A DNA stretch of 64,000 nucleotides from a candidate division TM6 bacterium GW2011_GWF2_37_49. GTDB lineage: Bacteria; Babelota; Babeliae; Babelales; RVW-14. Positions 1 to 10,687 of this stretch are shown here, one piece after another. How positions within the stretch are numbered: the first letter of the stretch is position 1; each line of letters starts with the position of its first letter. The notes beneath the pieces were generated by a model. That model was not told the origin of the DNA, searched no databases, and saw only the letters and a program-made list of their open reading frames with translations. The stretch is taken from contig CAMATL010000001.1 in NCBI GenBank assembly GCA_945861145.1, forward strand, positions 21,003-85,002, written 5' to 3'. The translations under genes and the position numbers were made by a program.

Positions 1-1
1 T

Positions 2-2278
2 ACGCGCAAAAGCAGTATCGCGATTAACAATCTTTACAGTCTTGGCGCCTTCAAACAAGTAGAAATTAGAGCTCGTGAAGAAGGGAGCGTGGTCCATATC
101 ATTATTCACGTTGAAGAAAAAAAATTGCTCGAAGGTTCTGAATTTATCGGCAACCACGAAGTCAGTACAAAAAAAATTAATGAAACGCTCGATTTAAGCA
201 AGGTCTCTTATATTGACGAAGAAAGCGCTCGCAATATTGCAAAACTTGTACAACAACTTTACATTGCCGAAGGCTACCATCGAGCACAAGTTTCATTTGA
301 TTTTAAACCAAACACACAGAACAAAAACAAAGTAACCGCTGTTTTTACCGTTGAAGAAGGCGATAAAGCCAGTGTTTTACGCGTAGAATTTCGGGGCAAC
401 AAAAAAATATCCTCTCGGAAATTAAGTAAGGTTATTTTTACACGTGAGCGTTGGTTGCTTGGGTTTGGCGATGGATCGGGCACTTATGATGAACGCCGCG
501 TTGAGCAAGATAAGCACTTTATTGAAAGTTTCTACTTCGAAAATAGCTTTCTCAATACTAAGGTTTATAAAACTGATGTTAATTTCTCACAAGACAAAAA
601 AAACATCACCATTACCTTTCATATTGAAGAAGGCGAACAGTTCTCTGTGCGCAGCATAAGCCCTCCAGGTGATGATATCGTCTCCACCGAAGAAGCATCT
701 GCCGTGATCACTGTTCAAGAAGGCAAGCCGCTCATACGTCACGAACTTGTTGAGTCTATGGAGAGGATGAGCACCCTATGGAAAGAAAAAGGCTACATCT
801 ATACAGAAGTAACTGAAACCATTCGCCCGGATGAAAAAACAAAAGAAATTGATCTCGCCTTCATGGTTAACCCCGGCAAAAAATTATACGCCAATCGCAT
901 CAGTATCAGCGGCAACCGCAATACACGAGACAGCCTCATTCGTCGACGTTTAGATATTTTAGAAGGTGACTTGATCACAAATTCAAAATTAGAAACATCT
1001 AAGCGCGCTGTTGAATTTTTAAGCTTTTATGAACAGGGCGGCGTGAACTGGGTTGTACATCGCATTGCAGAGGATCTAGCAGATCTTGAACTTCAAGTTA
1101 AAGAGACTAAGACTGGTAATTTTAATGCACAGCTAAGTTACGGCCCAAGTGGTGAAAGCCAACAAAAACAAGAGCTTCAAGGATCTATTCTTTTAGAAAA
1201 AGGCAATCTCTTAGGTCATGGAATTGACGCAGGCCTCGCTGTCAAAGCAGGTTTTGACAAATTAAGACCAGCTCTACGCCGCTTTGAAGTACGACTCGTT
1301 GACCCTCATATTTTTGATAAAGATGTCTCATGCGGCTTCTATCTTTACCACCGCTGGGATGAATATGATCGCTGGAACATGCTCACAAAAATTCCAACCA
1401 TGGACACGATGGGTACAAATGTTCGCTTTGGTTTTGGTCTGCCTGAATTTGATAAGCGCCTTGCATTAATGCTTGATCTCGGCGCTGAAACGATTCGCAA
1501 CAACAACCCTAAAGTTCGAGACCCCCACGATAGCTTCTTACGCAACTCTGATCCTTTATACCAACTAATTGTAAACCGCACCTTCCAAGAAGGTTCACTC
1601 TTGTGGGTAGGCCTTGATTTAGTCAAAGACATGCGCAACCACCAAGTCTATCCAAATAAGGGTTATAAAATTACTCTAGGTACTAAGACCGCACCTAGCA
1701 GTATTAACCAAACATTTGGTTTCTTACGCGTTGAAGCTGCGGCAAGCATGTACAATGCCATCCTAAATGATGATGACCTTGTTCTTGGCAACCACCTTAA
1801 GATCTGTAATGTACGAGAGCTCAGCGCGAAAAAGAGTATCCCCTATAAAGAGTTATTCCACATGGGTGGACCAAACACGATACGCGGGCACGTATGGAGC
1901 GGCATAGGACCAGCCTGGAAAGCAACCAATGAGCCCCTAGGTGGACGCAATGCAATCCAATGCAACAATGAAATCACCTTCCCTCTTGCTCGCAACCTTG
2001 GTATGCGCGCTCACGTCTTTTATGACCTTGGTGCTGCGTGGGACACACCAGACACTTCGATCAAAGAATTTAATGATGCACAAACAGCTAGTGAGCGCAT
2101 TGCGTTTAGTGAAGTCGTAACGCGCAACAAGTTTAATTTGCGCCATACGGTTGGCTTTGGTCTTAATCTTACCTCGCCAATTCCAGCTAAAATTGACTGG
2201 GGCTTTAAGCTCGACAGAGATCGCAAGACAAATGAGTCCGCTCATGAATTCCATCTAACTATGAATTATGCTTGGTAG
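2..2278 (+). CDS. bamA: Outer membrane protein assembly factor BamA (Omp85 family), 5' end cut by the window edge
   Basis: The frame is open from nt 2, with no stop before the GTG at 89, and reads NNLYSLGAFKQVEIRAREEGSVVHIIIHVEE. POTRA-like segments are present (VEFRGNKKISSRKLSKV; ISISGNRNTRDSLIRRRLDILEGD). A long C-terminal barrel ends in an aromatic residue (HLTMNYAW). Confidence 0.85.
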   Translation, partial: TRKSSIAINNLYSLGAFKQVEIRAREEGSVVHIIIHVEEKKLLEGSEFIGNHEVSTKKINETLDLSKVSYIDEESARNIAKLVQQLYIAEGYHRAQVSFDFKPNTQNKNKVTAVFTVEEGDKASVLRVEFRGNKKISSRKLSKVIFTRERWLLGFGDGSGTYDERRVEQDKHFIESFYFENSFLNTKVYKTDVNFSQDKKNITITFHIEEGEQFSVRSISPPGDDIVSTEEASAVITVQEGKPLIRHELVESMERMSTLWKEKGYIYTEVTETIRPDEKTKEIDLAFMVNPGKKLYANRISISGNRNTRDSLIRRRLDILEGDLITNSKLETSKRAVEFLSFYEQGGVNWVVHRIAEDLADLELQVKETKTGNFNAQLSYGPSGESQQKQELQGSILLEKGNLLGHGIDAGLAVKAGFDKLRPALRRFEVRLVDPHIFDKDVSCGFYLYHRWDEYDRWNMLTKIPTMDTMGTNVRFGFGLPEFDKRLALMLDLGAETIRNNNPKVRDPHDSFLRNSDPLYQLIVNRTFQEGSLLWVGLDLVKDMRNHQVYPNKGYKITLGTKTAPSSINQTFGFLRVEAAASMYNAILNDDDLVLGNHLKICNVRELSAKKSIPYKELFHMGGPNTIRGHVWSGIGPAWKATNEPLGGRNAIQCNNEITFPLARNLGMRAHVFYDLGAAWDTPDTSIKEFNDAQTASERIAFSEVVTRNKFNLRHTVGFGLNLTSPIPAKIDWGFKLDRDRKTNESAHEFHLTMNYAW

Positions 2279-2281
2279 CAT

Positions 2282-2794
2282 ATGACGCGTTTACAAATTA
2301 TTTGGGAAATTACAAACCACACCCCTACATGGGTGTGGTTTGTCTTTGGTTGGTTGCTGATCATAGGAATTAAAGCTCTTAGAAAAAATACAGCGCATAT
2401 TGGTAAACTTTTCGTATTACCAACTATCTTTTTTGTATTGGCAGTACACACGCTAGCGATAGAACCTGTCGTCACATGGACAATTCTCTTCGTATTCGTT
2501 GCCTCATGTATAGGCTGTATCAGCATCGGCTTGACCGTAGCACAAGGACAACAATTCACTGTAGACAAAAAGCAATGGCAAATTACCCTGCCTGGTTCAT
2601 CATTTACACTCATATTTGTCATGATAATTTTTGCTTCAAAATACTACTTTTGCTACACAACAGTCGCTCATCCAGAAGTCGCATACACACTTGCATTTAA
2701 AATCATGAAATTCGCCTTCTCCGGCGGTTTGACAGGATTAGCGATAGGCAGAATAGCTTGTTACATAGAACGCATGCAGCAAGCTAAGGGGTAA
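2282..2794 (+). CDS. Small integral membrane protein, function unknown
   Basis: 170-aa ORF with several hydrophobic helices (WVWFVFGWLLIIGI, LFVLPTIFFVLAV, FTLIFVMIIFA). It starts 4 nt after the bamA stop. No motif was recognised. Confidence 0.5.
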   Translation: MTRLQIIWEITNHTPTWVWFVFGWLLIIGIKALRKNTAHIGKLFVLPTIFFVLAVHTLAIEPVVTWTILFVFVASCIGCISIGLTVAQGQQFTVDKKQWQITLPGSSFTLIFVMIIFASKYYFCYTTVAHPEVAYTLAFKIMKFAFSGGLTGLAIGRIACYIERMQQAKG

Positions 2795-2800
2795 TTAATC

Positions 2801-2870
2801 AACAAATTAAGACAAAGGCCTCGCATAAAAATCTCTCGAGTTTTATGCGAGGCCTTTGTCTTAATTTGTT
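2801..2870. terminator. Bidirectional hairpin: perfect 30-bp inverted repeat with a 10-nt loop
   Basis: 2801..2830 (aacaaattaagacaaaggcctcgcataaaa) is the exact reverse complement of 2841..2870. It lies between convergent genes, and the right arm contains the stop codon of the minus-strand gene (2861..2863). Confidence 0.7.
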
Positions 2871-4027
2871 GAAGCTATTGCCTGTTGCGCACCCTGCTTC
2901 GCATATACAATAAAGGACCGTACAAGAGGCGGGAAATTAGCGAGGTGAGCTTGCAGCGCAGCCCTGTCTTCAGCTTCTATCGTACCACCAAAAATATCAA
3001 GGTGGTGCAGATTGCGTTCAAACGCGCTACCGCGATCACCAATTAATCCCAAGCGAAGCTCTAATTTTTTTGTTTTTCTATTGCGGTACTGCAGCGCTAT
3101 AATTTTACCCAGCCCCAACGAGAAAAGATCTCCCGCAAAGATAACATTTTTACGGTGCACACAACGCTCTTGAAGCTTGCTTACCGCTTCAGGATTACGC
3201 TCCAAAAAAAACCAGTAGATTTTTTGTTTGGAAAGATTGCGCAGTCCATGATCAAATTTGAGACCATTACTTATATTAACGTTAAACGCACGCACTTTAT
3301 TGTCTGGCATAGTAAGCAACACAGTCCCCTGCATCATTGCTTTTTCAAGTGTTTCTCGTGAAACCCACACCAACGATTTGGTTCGTTTTGCATACTCAGC
3401 GGTATCAAGCGCTCCCGCAAAAATTTCCTGCTTGGTCAGTGTTATTTTCTGCTTTTCTTGCATGAGCTGATAGAGCGCGCAGGGAAACTCGGCAGTTTTT
3501 TCATAACTGCCTAGTCCTTTATAAACAACGTAGCTCGTCAATCGGATTCTACTCTGACTCACCCTACGTCTCCCATCCTGCACCACTTGGTCATGATCAG
3601 GCTTCCACGATATAAAGCCAAAATTTTGTTCCAAAAAATCTGTGTCATGTATGCGGTACACACCAGAAACTTTATCTTCCTCTATGATTCGGTCAATAAA
3701 CGTAAGCGTATCGACAACCTTTTTTGCACTCAAAACATTGGTGGAAAATGGTTGTGGGGAAATCACCGGTTGATGCGTTTTCCAGTAGCGCTTAAAAAAA
3801 GCCTTCGCATCACGCACTGCATGCTGCAATGCAAGCGGATCAGTTGTGACTTGTTCATTTTTAAATGAAGGCTTAGCCAGCGAAAAACATTTATGAATTT
3901 CAGCATCAGTTGGTAATTTTATATCTTTACGGCATGGTGTTTTATCGACTTTATCAATATAAAAAGCTTCAAGGGCGCCACCATAAAACAGAAATATGCC
4001 TACTATCACACTCATCAAGCGATTCAT
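2861..4027 (-). CDS. MltA-like lytic murein transglycosylase (putative)
   Basis: N-terminal signal/anchor (MNRLMSVIVGIFLFYGGALEA). The C-terminal segment LGLIGDRGSAFERNLHHLDIFGG resembles the 3D-domain end of MltA-family enzymes. Confidence 0.5.
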   Translation of the reverse strand: MNRLMSVIVGIFLFYGGALEAFYIDKVDKTPCRKDIKLPTDAEIHKCFSLAKPSFKNEQVTTDPLALQHAVRDAKAFFKRYWKTHQPVISPQPFSTNVLSAKKVVDTLTFIDRIIEEDKVSGVYRIHDTDFLEQNFGFISWKPDHDQVVQDGRRRVSQSRIRLTSYVVYKGLGSYEKTAEFPCALYQLMQEKQKITLTKQEIFAGALDTAEYAKRTKSLVWVSRETLEKAMMQGTVLLTMPDNKVRAFNVNISNGLKFDHGLRNLSKQKIYWFFLERNPEAVSKLQERCVHRKNVIFAGDLFSLGLGKIIALQYRNRKTKKLELRLGLIGDRGSAFERNLHHLDIFGGTIEAEDRAALQAHLANFPPLVRSFIVYAKQGAQQAIASTN

Positions 4028-4224
4028 AACTACCCCGCTCTAATCGTTACCAAAGTTAACAATTTTCTAATCCTAGCTAGAGAACCTAGTAAAGCAAAAC
4101 ACTTAAAAAGAGATCAAGGATTAGGGTTTTTCACCGCTTTTGCAAAGCGTTGTAGGAGATCAAAGCTCTTCTGTAGTCTCCAGAAAAAGGGTATACTGTC
4201 TTTTATACTCAAGCGAAGGACTTC

Positions 4225-4836
4225 ATGATTGAATCACTGACAGGTGTTATTTTACGAACATTTAGCACGGGAAGATTGTGTATTTTTACACGATCAATGG
4301 GCAAAATTTTTTGTTCAGCAAAAAAATCAGCTCACCAATCTCAATTTATTGTTGGTAGCCGATTAACCATCAATCTTGTGCAAAAATACCCAGACACCTT
4401 TACCATTGAATACATAGACAATATTGTCTATCCAAATATTCAAACCACCCAAGAGCTTTCATGGCTACACCATGTACTTGAGTTATACTATTTTTACCTT
4501 CCTGAACATCAGGTAAGTGTACGCGATTTTGATTTTCTCATTCATTACCTAGCCTTAATAAAACGCAATCACGAGTCAATCGGTAATATCAATTTACAAA
4601 ATCTAGCCATCAGTCACTTTTTGGCACAAACTGGATTTCATGAACAACCAGCCCTTCATCGTTATGCAAAAATTTTTGAAGAATTCATTGACCCCACTGT
4701 GTCATCCGGGGTACCATTTTCCCTGATTGGCATTGAAGAAGTATCAATGCAAGAATTAATTCTCCGCTGCTTACAAGAACACCCGCAGTTTAATAAATTT
4801 AAAACCATCCCGTTCTTGTACGGTGCACATACCTAG
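4225..4836 (+). CDS. Hypothetical protein, weak RecO-like pattern
   Basis: 203 aa. The N-terminus (GVILRTFSTGRLCIFTRSMGKIFCSAKK) resembles the OB-fold start of RecO, followed by a helical region. Similarity was judged by eye only. Confidence 0.3.
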   Translation: MIESLTGVILRTFSTGRLCIFTRSMGKIFCSAKKSAHQSQFIVGSRLTINLVQKYPDTFTIEYIDNIVYPNIQTTQELSWLHHVLELYYFYLPEHQVSVRDFDFLIHYLALIKRNHESIGNINLQNLAISHFLAQTGFHEQPALHRYAKIFEEFIDPTVSSGVPFSLIGIEEVSMQELILRCLQEHPQFNKFKTIPFLYGAHT

Positions 4837-4848
4837 TAAGGATGAGCC

Positions 4849-7800
4849 ATGCACATTAATATTAGTTCTTTTTTCTGGACACTCGCCATTTCGTTCATAA
4901 CACTAACTCCTACCATTAAAGCAATGCCTGGATTCAATCTCTTTGCGCAACCAGAAAAGCCTGCTGTTGGGTTTTTTAGTGCAATAGAGCAAAAAAAGAA
5001 ACTGCTTGAAAAATTACAAGAAGACCAGAAGGCTCGCCACAAAAAATTCACTGAAGAGCTTGCCGCTCTGCGCAATGAAATACTCAAAATTGACGCTCAA
5101 ATTGACTCTAGTAAATTTAGCCTTGATCGCATACGCAGCGAACAAGAAGCTGTACTTAAAAATAAAAAAATCACCACGCTCGACGAAATCAAGCAAATTC
5201 TCTCTTCTACGCAAGAAGAACTTAAAGATGCTGAATGTATCATCGATGAACACGTTAAAATCATTAAAGAATACCTCACAATAAATACAACGGTAGAAAA
5301 ACACGCTCGAGCCGCTTACTCATGGCAAGAACTAAGAGAAGCGCAGCTCCAGTCTGCTGAATTAGCTGCACGGCTTGAAGCTGAACGAAAAAAACGAGAA
5401 GATTTAAACAAGCAAAAAGCATCCGAGGTGGAATCAATTTCCTCCTTGTCAAAACGACTTGAAGTACAAGGCAAGGAACATTCAAAAAATGCGGCTAACT
5501 CTCGACCAACTGAACGATCAAATAGCGGATTACTTCTTAAACTAACTAATGAATTATTTGACTTAGAAACATTTTTACTACAAAAAAAAATCGATCTGGC
5601 AAAGATAAAAATCGAAAAAATTGATCTTGAGCTCGCGGCAAAAAACGACGTAGTTGAATCACTCGACTTGCAGCTACAAAATAAAAAAAGCTCCCTATCC
5701 CGCATAGAAAAAGGCTTAAGCCTTACAAGTTATGATGTTGAAACGGCAAAAGCTGAGGCTAATCTCGCTAACCACAAAGCGGTACGCACAAAAGAAGCTT
5801 TTAATAAAAAAATCGATGAAAAAAAAGCTCAAAAAAATAAGCTTTTAGAAGATCGTGCCAATCAGCAAAAACAACTAAAGGAATTTGCAGCTCAAGATCA
5901 CGAATCATCTGATAGTGTTGCATTTCATGTTCTAAAATCAGAGATGCACAAAACCTCAAGCTTGATCCATGTTATCGAACGCGAAATAGATTTTTTAAGC
6001 ATCAAGCGAGAATTTGCCGACCTTGCAGTACAAAACAAAGAAACAATCGCACATGACGTAGATGTACGTTACCAACTACTACATGGCCGCGCTGACGCGG
6101 GAGAGCTCGCTTCAACGTTCAAAAACCAAAAAGACATCGCCCAAAATCACTATAAAAAAATGAAGGATAAGCACGCCGAGGTGATGAAAAGCTATGGCGA
6201 CCGATCACGCGCACTGGAAGACATCAAAATCATTCAGCTAAAGATCAATGCCCGCGGCTATTCAGTTTTCTCTGGCTATGAATCAGCATTTTCACAAGTA
6301 CACGCAAACCTAGAGGAGTCAAGAAAGGCTGTCACCGCATGGTTTAGTTTAAGCCAAGAATATATCGCCATCTCGACTGATTATTTGGCTCGCTGTGAAA
6401 AAATTCTTAATCAATATGATTTGATTATTGAAAACCTCGAAGATCATCGCACGCTATTTGGGCTTTGGAAGCGCGCACCAAACGCCCTTTCTCTTGAAGA
6501 TTTAAATAAAGCACTTGGTGGCGGCGAAGCCTTTATTAAACAACTTTTTATTGAAGCACCAAAGCATTTAAATTTCTCTAAAGTTCTGCTTTCTGTTAAA
6601 GGCATTACTTGGCAGCATACACAGAATATTCTAGCACTCATCCTGCTCTTTTTTGGTTTTATGTTTGCACTGCGCTTACTATGTAGCTTTATGACGCAGC
6701 TGTTACGCAAAGCACAACTTAAAAATACAACTGATAAGGGCCTTCTCTACGCCACTATCTGTACCGGCGCACTACAATTTTTAAAAGACCATATTGTTTC
6801 ATCTAGTGTATGGTTGTTCTTTTTTTTACATATAATTTTTGATTTTCGCGGCATCTTTGCACTACTGCGCCCGTACGCACTTCCATATTATATTTCACTG
6901 TTTTACTTAAGCAGTATCCCACTCTTTATTTATCTCTCTCGCAATCTTTTACAGCGCCTTACAGAGCTTAATAAAAAAATCAGCTTCCTCTCATTTCCTG
7001 AAAATTTTCAAGAGCGCCTCGAAGTCTTATTGACTGCCTACTGCTACACACTCGCTGTATTAACACCCTTGCGTCAGGCTGCATGGCATTTACTACCTCA
7101 CGCCTCACTTGCATTAACACAACTATTACTCGCACTACAAGTCAGCATCCTCACACTCATCCCTGTATTTATATTCAACAAAGAGCATGTTTTATACTTT
7201 CTACCCGATACCTCAAATATTAGCCTCTGGTTCAAAAAACAAATTGCGGAATATTATTACCCACTGATTTCATTTTTTGTTTTACTCTTCATGCTATCTC
7301 GCTCATTTGTTGGCTATGCCAACCTCGCTACATTCCTTAGCTTTAGCATTCCCCTAACCATACTGGTTTTTTATGGCATGTTTTGGAGCCATTTTTACAT
7401 CAGAAAATACGCCATCTTTATGTTTATAAAAGAAAACGATGAAGACATCACCGATAAATTTGAACATGCCAGAACTTATTACGGCTTCCTTGTTATCTTT
7501 TCATTTTTACTCTTATTGCTTTTAAGCGCTTTTGTGATAGCTCGTATCTGGGAATTTAATGTTACTATGAGAGACTTTTGGCGCTTTTTATCAGAAACGC
7601 TTGTCGTACCAATTGGCGTTGATAAAAAGCTTGGTTTCATCCAGCTCCTCACTCTTATCCTTTTTGTTGCTGGTGGCTTTTTTGCTTCTTCAATTATTCA
7701 TCGCTTTGTACTCAACCGTCTTTTCGACATTTTACGCACAGAACCAGGCACTCAAAACACGATTACCAAAATCGTGCATTACTTGACCATATCTCTTAGC

Positions 7801-8454
7801 TTCTTGCTTGGCGTTGTTTCAATTCACCTTGAACAGCTCATTTGGTATATCGGTACAACACTTGCCGTTGGCCTTGGTTTTGCACTTAAAGATATTCTAG
7901 CTGATTATGTAGCTGGTTTTTTTGTACTCATCGAGCGCCCTATTGAGATTGGCAACTACATAAAACTGGATCACAATCCGGAAATGCAAGGCGTTGTCCA
8001 TAAAATTGATGCCCGCACAACAACAATTATGACAAGGCTCAACCATTCCGTTATTGTGGCCAATAAAGACTTGGTCGGCAAAGTGCTTGCAAATTGGGGC
8101 AAGGGTCGCTTTGCTGTAGGATTTGAAATCAAAGTCATGGTTGATTATGATTCAAATATTGATGAAGTTAAAAAGACAATTCTGGAAATTTTACAAAGCA
8201 ATCCAGTGATTCTACGCGTACCAAACATTATTGTTCGTATAGATGATTTTGAGAACGATGGAATCTGCTTCCTTGCCCGCGCATTTATTAGCGCCCGCCG
8301 CGTCCAAGAACAATGGAGCATTGCTGCGGGGCTACGCGAAGAAATATTCAAAACATTTAAACTGAAAAATATTGGCTTTGGATTCCCTCAAAATATAGTA
8401 CTCTTGGGCAAGGCCTCTAAGGGCGGCCCAGTACAAATTAATTTTGAGCAATAA
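4849..8454 (+). CDS. MscK/KefA-like mechanosensitive channel (MscS family) with a long N-terminal coiled coil
   Basis: Signal peptide, about 550 aa of K/E/Q-rich coiled coil, then about 10 TM helices. The C-terminal MscS core reads DILADYVAGFFVLIERPIEIGNYIKL...GVVHKIDARTTTIMTRLNHSVIVANKDLV. RBS aagga lies upstream. Confidence 0.85.
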   Translation: MHINISSFFWTLAISFITLTPTIKAMPGFNLFAQPEKPAVGFFSAIEQKKKLLEKLQEDQKARHKKFTEELAALRNEILKIDAQIDSSKFSLDRIRSEQEAVLKNKKITTLDEIKQILSSTQEELKDAECIIDEHVKIIKEYLTINTTVEKHARAAYSWQELREAQLQSAELAARLEAERKKREDLNKQKASEVESISSLSKRLEVQGKEHSKNAANSRPTERSNSGLLLKLTNELFDLETFLLQKKIDLAKIKIEKIDLELAAKNDVVESLDLQLQNKKSSLSRIEKGLSLTSYDVETAKAEANLANHKAVRTKEAFNKKIDEKKAQKNKLLEDRANQQKQLKEFAAQDHESSDSVAFHVLKSEMHKTSSLIHVIEREIDFLSIKREFADLAVQNKETIAHDVDVRYQLLHGRADAGELASTFKNQKDIAQNHYKKMKDKHAEVMKSYGDRSRALEDIKIIQLKINARGYSVFSGYESAFSQVHANLEESRKAVTAWFSLSQEYIAISTDYLARCEKILNQYDLIIENLEDHRTLFGLWKRAPNALSLEDLNKALGGGEAFIKQLFIEAPKHLNFSKVLLSVKGITWQHTQNILALILLFFGFMFALRLLCSFMTQLLRKAQLKNTTDKGLLYATICTGALQFLKDHIVSSSVWLFFFLHIIFDFRGIFALLRPYALPYYISLFYLSSIPLFIYLSRNLLQRLTELNKKISFLSFPENFQERLEVLLTAYCYTLAVLTPLRQAAWHLLPHASLALTQLLLALQVSILTLIPVFIFNKEHVLYFLPDTSNISLWFKKQIAEYYYPLISFFVLLFMLSRSFVGYANLATFLSFSIPLTILVFYGMFWSHFYIRKYAIFMFIKENDEDITDKFEHARTYYGFLVIFSFLLLLLLSAFVIARIWEFNVTMRDFWRFLSETLVVPIGVDKKLGFIQLLTLILFVAGGFFASSIIHRFVLNRLFDILRTEPGTQNTITKIVHYLTISLSFLLGVVSIHLEQLIWYIGTTLAVGLGFALKDILADYVAGFFVLIERPIEIGNYIKLDHNPEMQGVVHKIDARTTTIMTRLNHSVIVANKDLVGKVLANWGKGRFAVGFEIKVMVDYDSNIDEVKKTILEILQSNPVILRVPNIIVRIDDFENDGICFLARAFISARRVQEQWSIAAGLREEIFKTFKLKNIGFGFPQNIVLLGKASKGGPVQINFEQ

Positions 8455-8492
8455 ATTTAGCCAATTTCATACAATTTCATGGCTTTAGCTTC

Positions 8493-8520
8493 TTGCAAAA
8501 GTAAGCTTTTCTGGTATATT
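8493..8520 (+). promoter_or_regulatory. Candidate sigma70-type promoter ahead of the paralogue array
   Basis: TTGCAA (8493..8498), 16-nt spacer, TATATT (8515..8520), about 58 nt upstream of the ATG at 8578. Confidence 0.3.
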
Positions 8521-8577
8521 TTTTACCCCGCACAGCACTGGCCCGTAAACCCTCATTAAAAGACGTGGCTCAACAAC

Positions 8578-10641
8578 ATGGCAACAAGATTACTTTTCAG
8601 TCTCTTCGGCATGCTTTTCTTTATGGCTTCTTCTGCGCAAACCAACAATAGGTTAGTCATTCTCTCTGACGAAGATTGCTGTGAAAGCCCATTTAATAAA
8701 AAAAAGTCTACGGCATTAACAGCGACTCTCTCTTATTTTATTGAAGAAAATGAAGCCTTAATTCTTGTCTCAAGATCAGTGCTTCACCAATATCTTTTAG
8801 ATCAAGCCAAAAACTCTTCGGCTGATCCCCAAATCAATAACTCAATTCTCATATTTAAAGTGCAAGACACAGACACTGAGCATAACCTCATCTATGACAC
8901 CTCATACTACCTTGTTGCGCCTGTAAAATACCTTGCATCACAATTAAAAAATGCAGATGAACAGCATAAACAACGCTATGGAGAGAAAAAATCATTCAAT
9001 AGCGTATTTGGCTTACAAGCGGATACACTTTTAAATAAAATTAACCCGTCACAATCACTCACAAACCAGTGGTTAGCGATGGCTGACCTTCTTGCTTCCG
9101 ATACAAGTAGTGAAGGGTTTGCAAGTCAATTCTGGTCTGGTCTTTTTTTGACCAAAGAGCATGTCGGGACAGACACAGAATTATTAAAATCATGGTCTAT
9201 TATGTTTTTTTGTCATGGCAGCCCTACCGCAACAAGTGGCATCTCAATTCAAGACTTACGAACATTTTTTATGTTTCTAAGCGAAGAGCTTACAACGAAT
9301 GTTGTCACAATGACTTGTTGTTACCTTGCTGGAAGCATTAAAGATCAACTATGTGCCCACTCCATTACTTGCGAACCAATTACATACAATTTTGATCTTA
9401 TAATTGCTGGCCTCAGCGATGTACCTCAAATGATTAATAGCGGCGCTCAAGGCGTAGCTGAAGAATTTTTCGCACAACATGATACTAAGCTAGGCGCTAT
9501 AGATGCAACCAAGACTGTCGACCTCTTTACATACCTTATTACTACAGATGAATTTAAATTAAAACCAGATTTTGCATCATTTGGGCAAATTCGTTGTGCT
9601 GGCACCACAACCTTTACCGTGCCAAGCAAAGAAGTATTTCATATCACGCCAAGCAAAAATATCACTGCCGCACAGGCTTCAGAATGTCTTTCAAGTGTCA
9701 CATCAACCGTACGGCCAATCGATTCTTTAAAAAGAAAAATTTGCCTTACGCCACTACAAGCTCCCAGTAAAAAAATCATCTTACTTTATGTAGAATCTTT
9801 TCGTCGACCACTTGAATTTAAAGCAATCATAGGCCGTGGCATTGACACAATGACTTCTCCAATTATGCGCACTGATCATTACCTGCAAACATTCTTAGAA
9901 TGGGAACAGGAAATTGATACTAAAAAGTATCCTGCAATTGCAGCGGCCAAAAAAACAATTGGCTGTAAGCCGACAACACTTCAACATAAAGCATTTGTGG
10001 CACAAACACTAGAACGGTTGAACCCGTTCGGATTGCATTATCCACACATATTTTCAATGTTACCAAAAACATCGGTAAGTCATCACCCTGGTGTTCATTT
10101 TTTTGATGAAATCATAATCTCAAATCAAGTCAATGCAAGCCCAAGCCCTTTTATCGGTATTTTTCACTTCATACATGATGCTTTTTTCTATAACAGACAA
10201 CGATATTCTGAAAACAAATTTTTTATGAAAACGCTGCGCGGACACAATGATTTATCATTACTTTTTGAATGCGAAGACAAATTTGAAAATAAGGACAAAA
10301 TAAATCATATCGTAAAGATGCAATTACCTCATCAGGCTTTGCATAAAAACTTAGGCCAAACATTACATCATCTTGCTGGAAAAGATATTGAGCTAACAAA
10401 CGTCATAGTGCAGTCATGCTTCAGAGATGAAGATAAAAAATCAATATGTCATGTAATCTTTTCTATTAATAGCAAGCAAGACGAACCGGACGAATTACCT
10501 GATTATTCAACATGGGAATGTCTCTTCGAAATTCCAAAAGAAACAACAGCTACGGACTGTTTTCAATGGCGTTTTCTTTCTACTGACACTAATGCACATA
10601 CCAGTTCTTTTGAATTTGAAATAAATAATCTTGATCTTTAA
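8578..10641 (+). CDS. Secreted paralogue 1 of a 4-member family; clan-CD-like His/Cys motif pair
   Basis: Signal peptide MATRLLFSLFGMLFFMASSAQT. Family motifs are NRLVILSDED, ILVSRSVLHQY, YYLVAP, FFCHGS (His codon 9214..9216), VVTMTCCYLAG (Cys 9319..9321), and in the C-terminal half HFFDEI..SN, PFIGIFHFIHDAF and LRGHNDLSLLFECE. Confidence 0.8.
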   Translation: MATRLLFSLFGMLFFMASSAQTNNRLVILSDEDCCESPFNKKKSTALTATLSYFIEENEALILVSRSVLHQYLLDQAKNSSADPQINNSILIFKVQDTDTEHNLIYDTSYYLVAPVKYLASQLKNADEQHKQRYGEKKSFNSVFGLQADTLLNKINPSQSLTNQWLAMADLLASDTSSEGFASQFWSGLFLTKEHVGTDTELLKSWSIMFFCHGSPTATSGISIQDLRTFFMFLSEELTTNVVTMTCCYLAGSIKDQLCAHSITCEPITYNFDLIIAGLSDVPQMINSGAQGVAEEFFAQHDTKLGAIDATKTVDLFTYLITTDEFKLKPDFASFGQIRCAGTTTFTVPSKEVFHITPSKNITAAQASECLSSVTSTVRPIDSLKRKICLTPLQAPSKKIILLYVESFRRPLEFKAIIGRGIDTMTSPIMRTDHYLQTFLEWEQEIDTKKYPAIAAAKKTIGCKPTTLQHKAFVAQTLERLNPFGLHYPHIFSMLPKTSVSHHPGVHFFDEIIISNQVNASPSPFIGIFHFIHDAFFYNRQRYSENKFFMKTLRGHNDLSLLFECEDKFENKDKINHIVKMQLPHQALHKNLGQTLHHLAGKDIELTNVIVQSCFRDEDKKSICHVIFSINSKQDEPDELPDYSTWECLFEIPKETTATDCFQWRFLSTDTNAHTSSFEFEINNLDL

Positions 10642-10687
10642 TTAACAAAAGTCACAAAACTCACTCCAACAAACACATGGCAAAATT

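Noticed and set aside
5006-5705. Several ORFs (60-129 aa, both strands) inside the MscK-like gene
   Set aside because: They are embedded in the K/E-rich coiled-coil coding region of a 1201-aa ORF. Their low-complexity translations are typical of off-frame or antisense reading of AAG/GAA-rich DNA.
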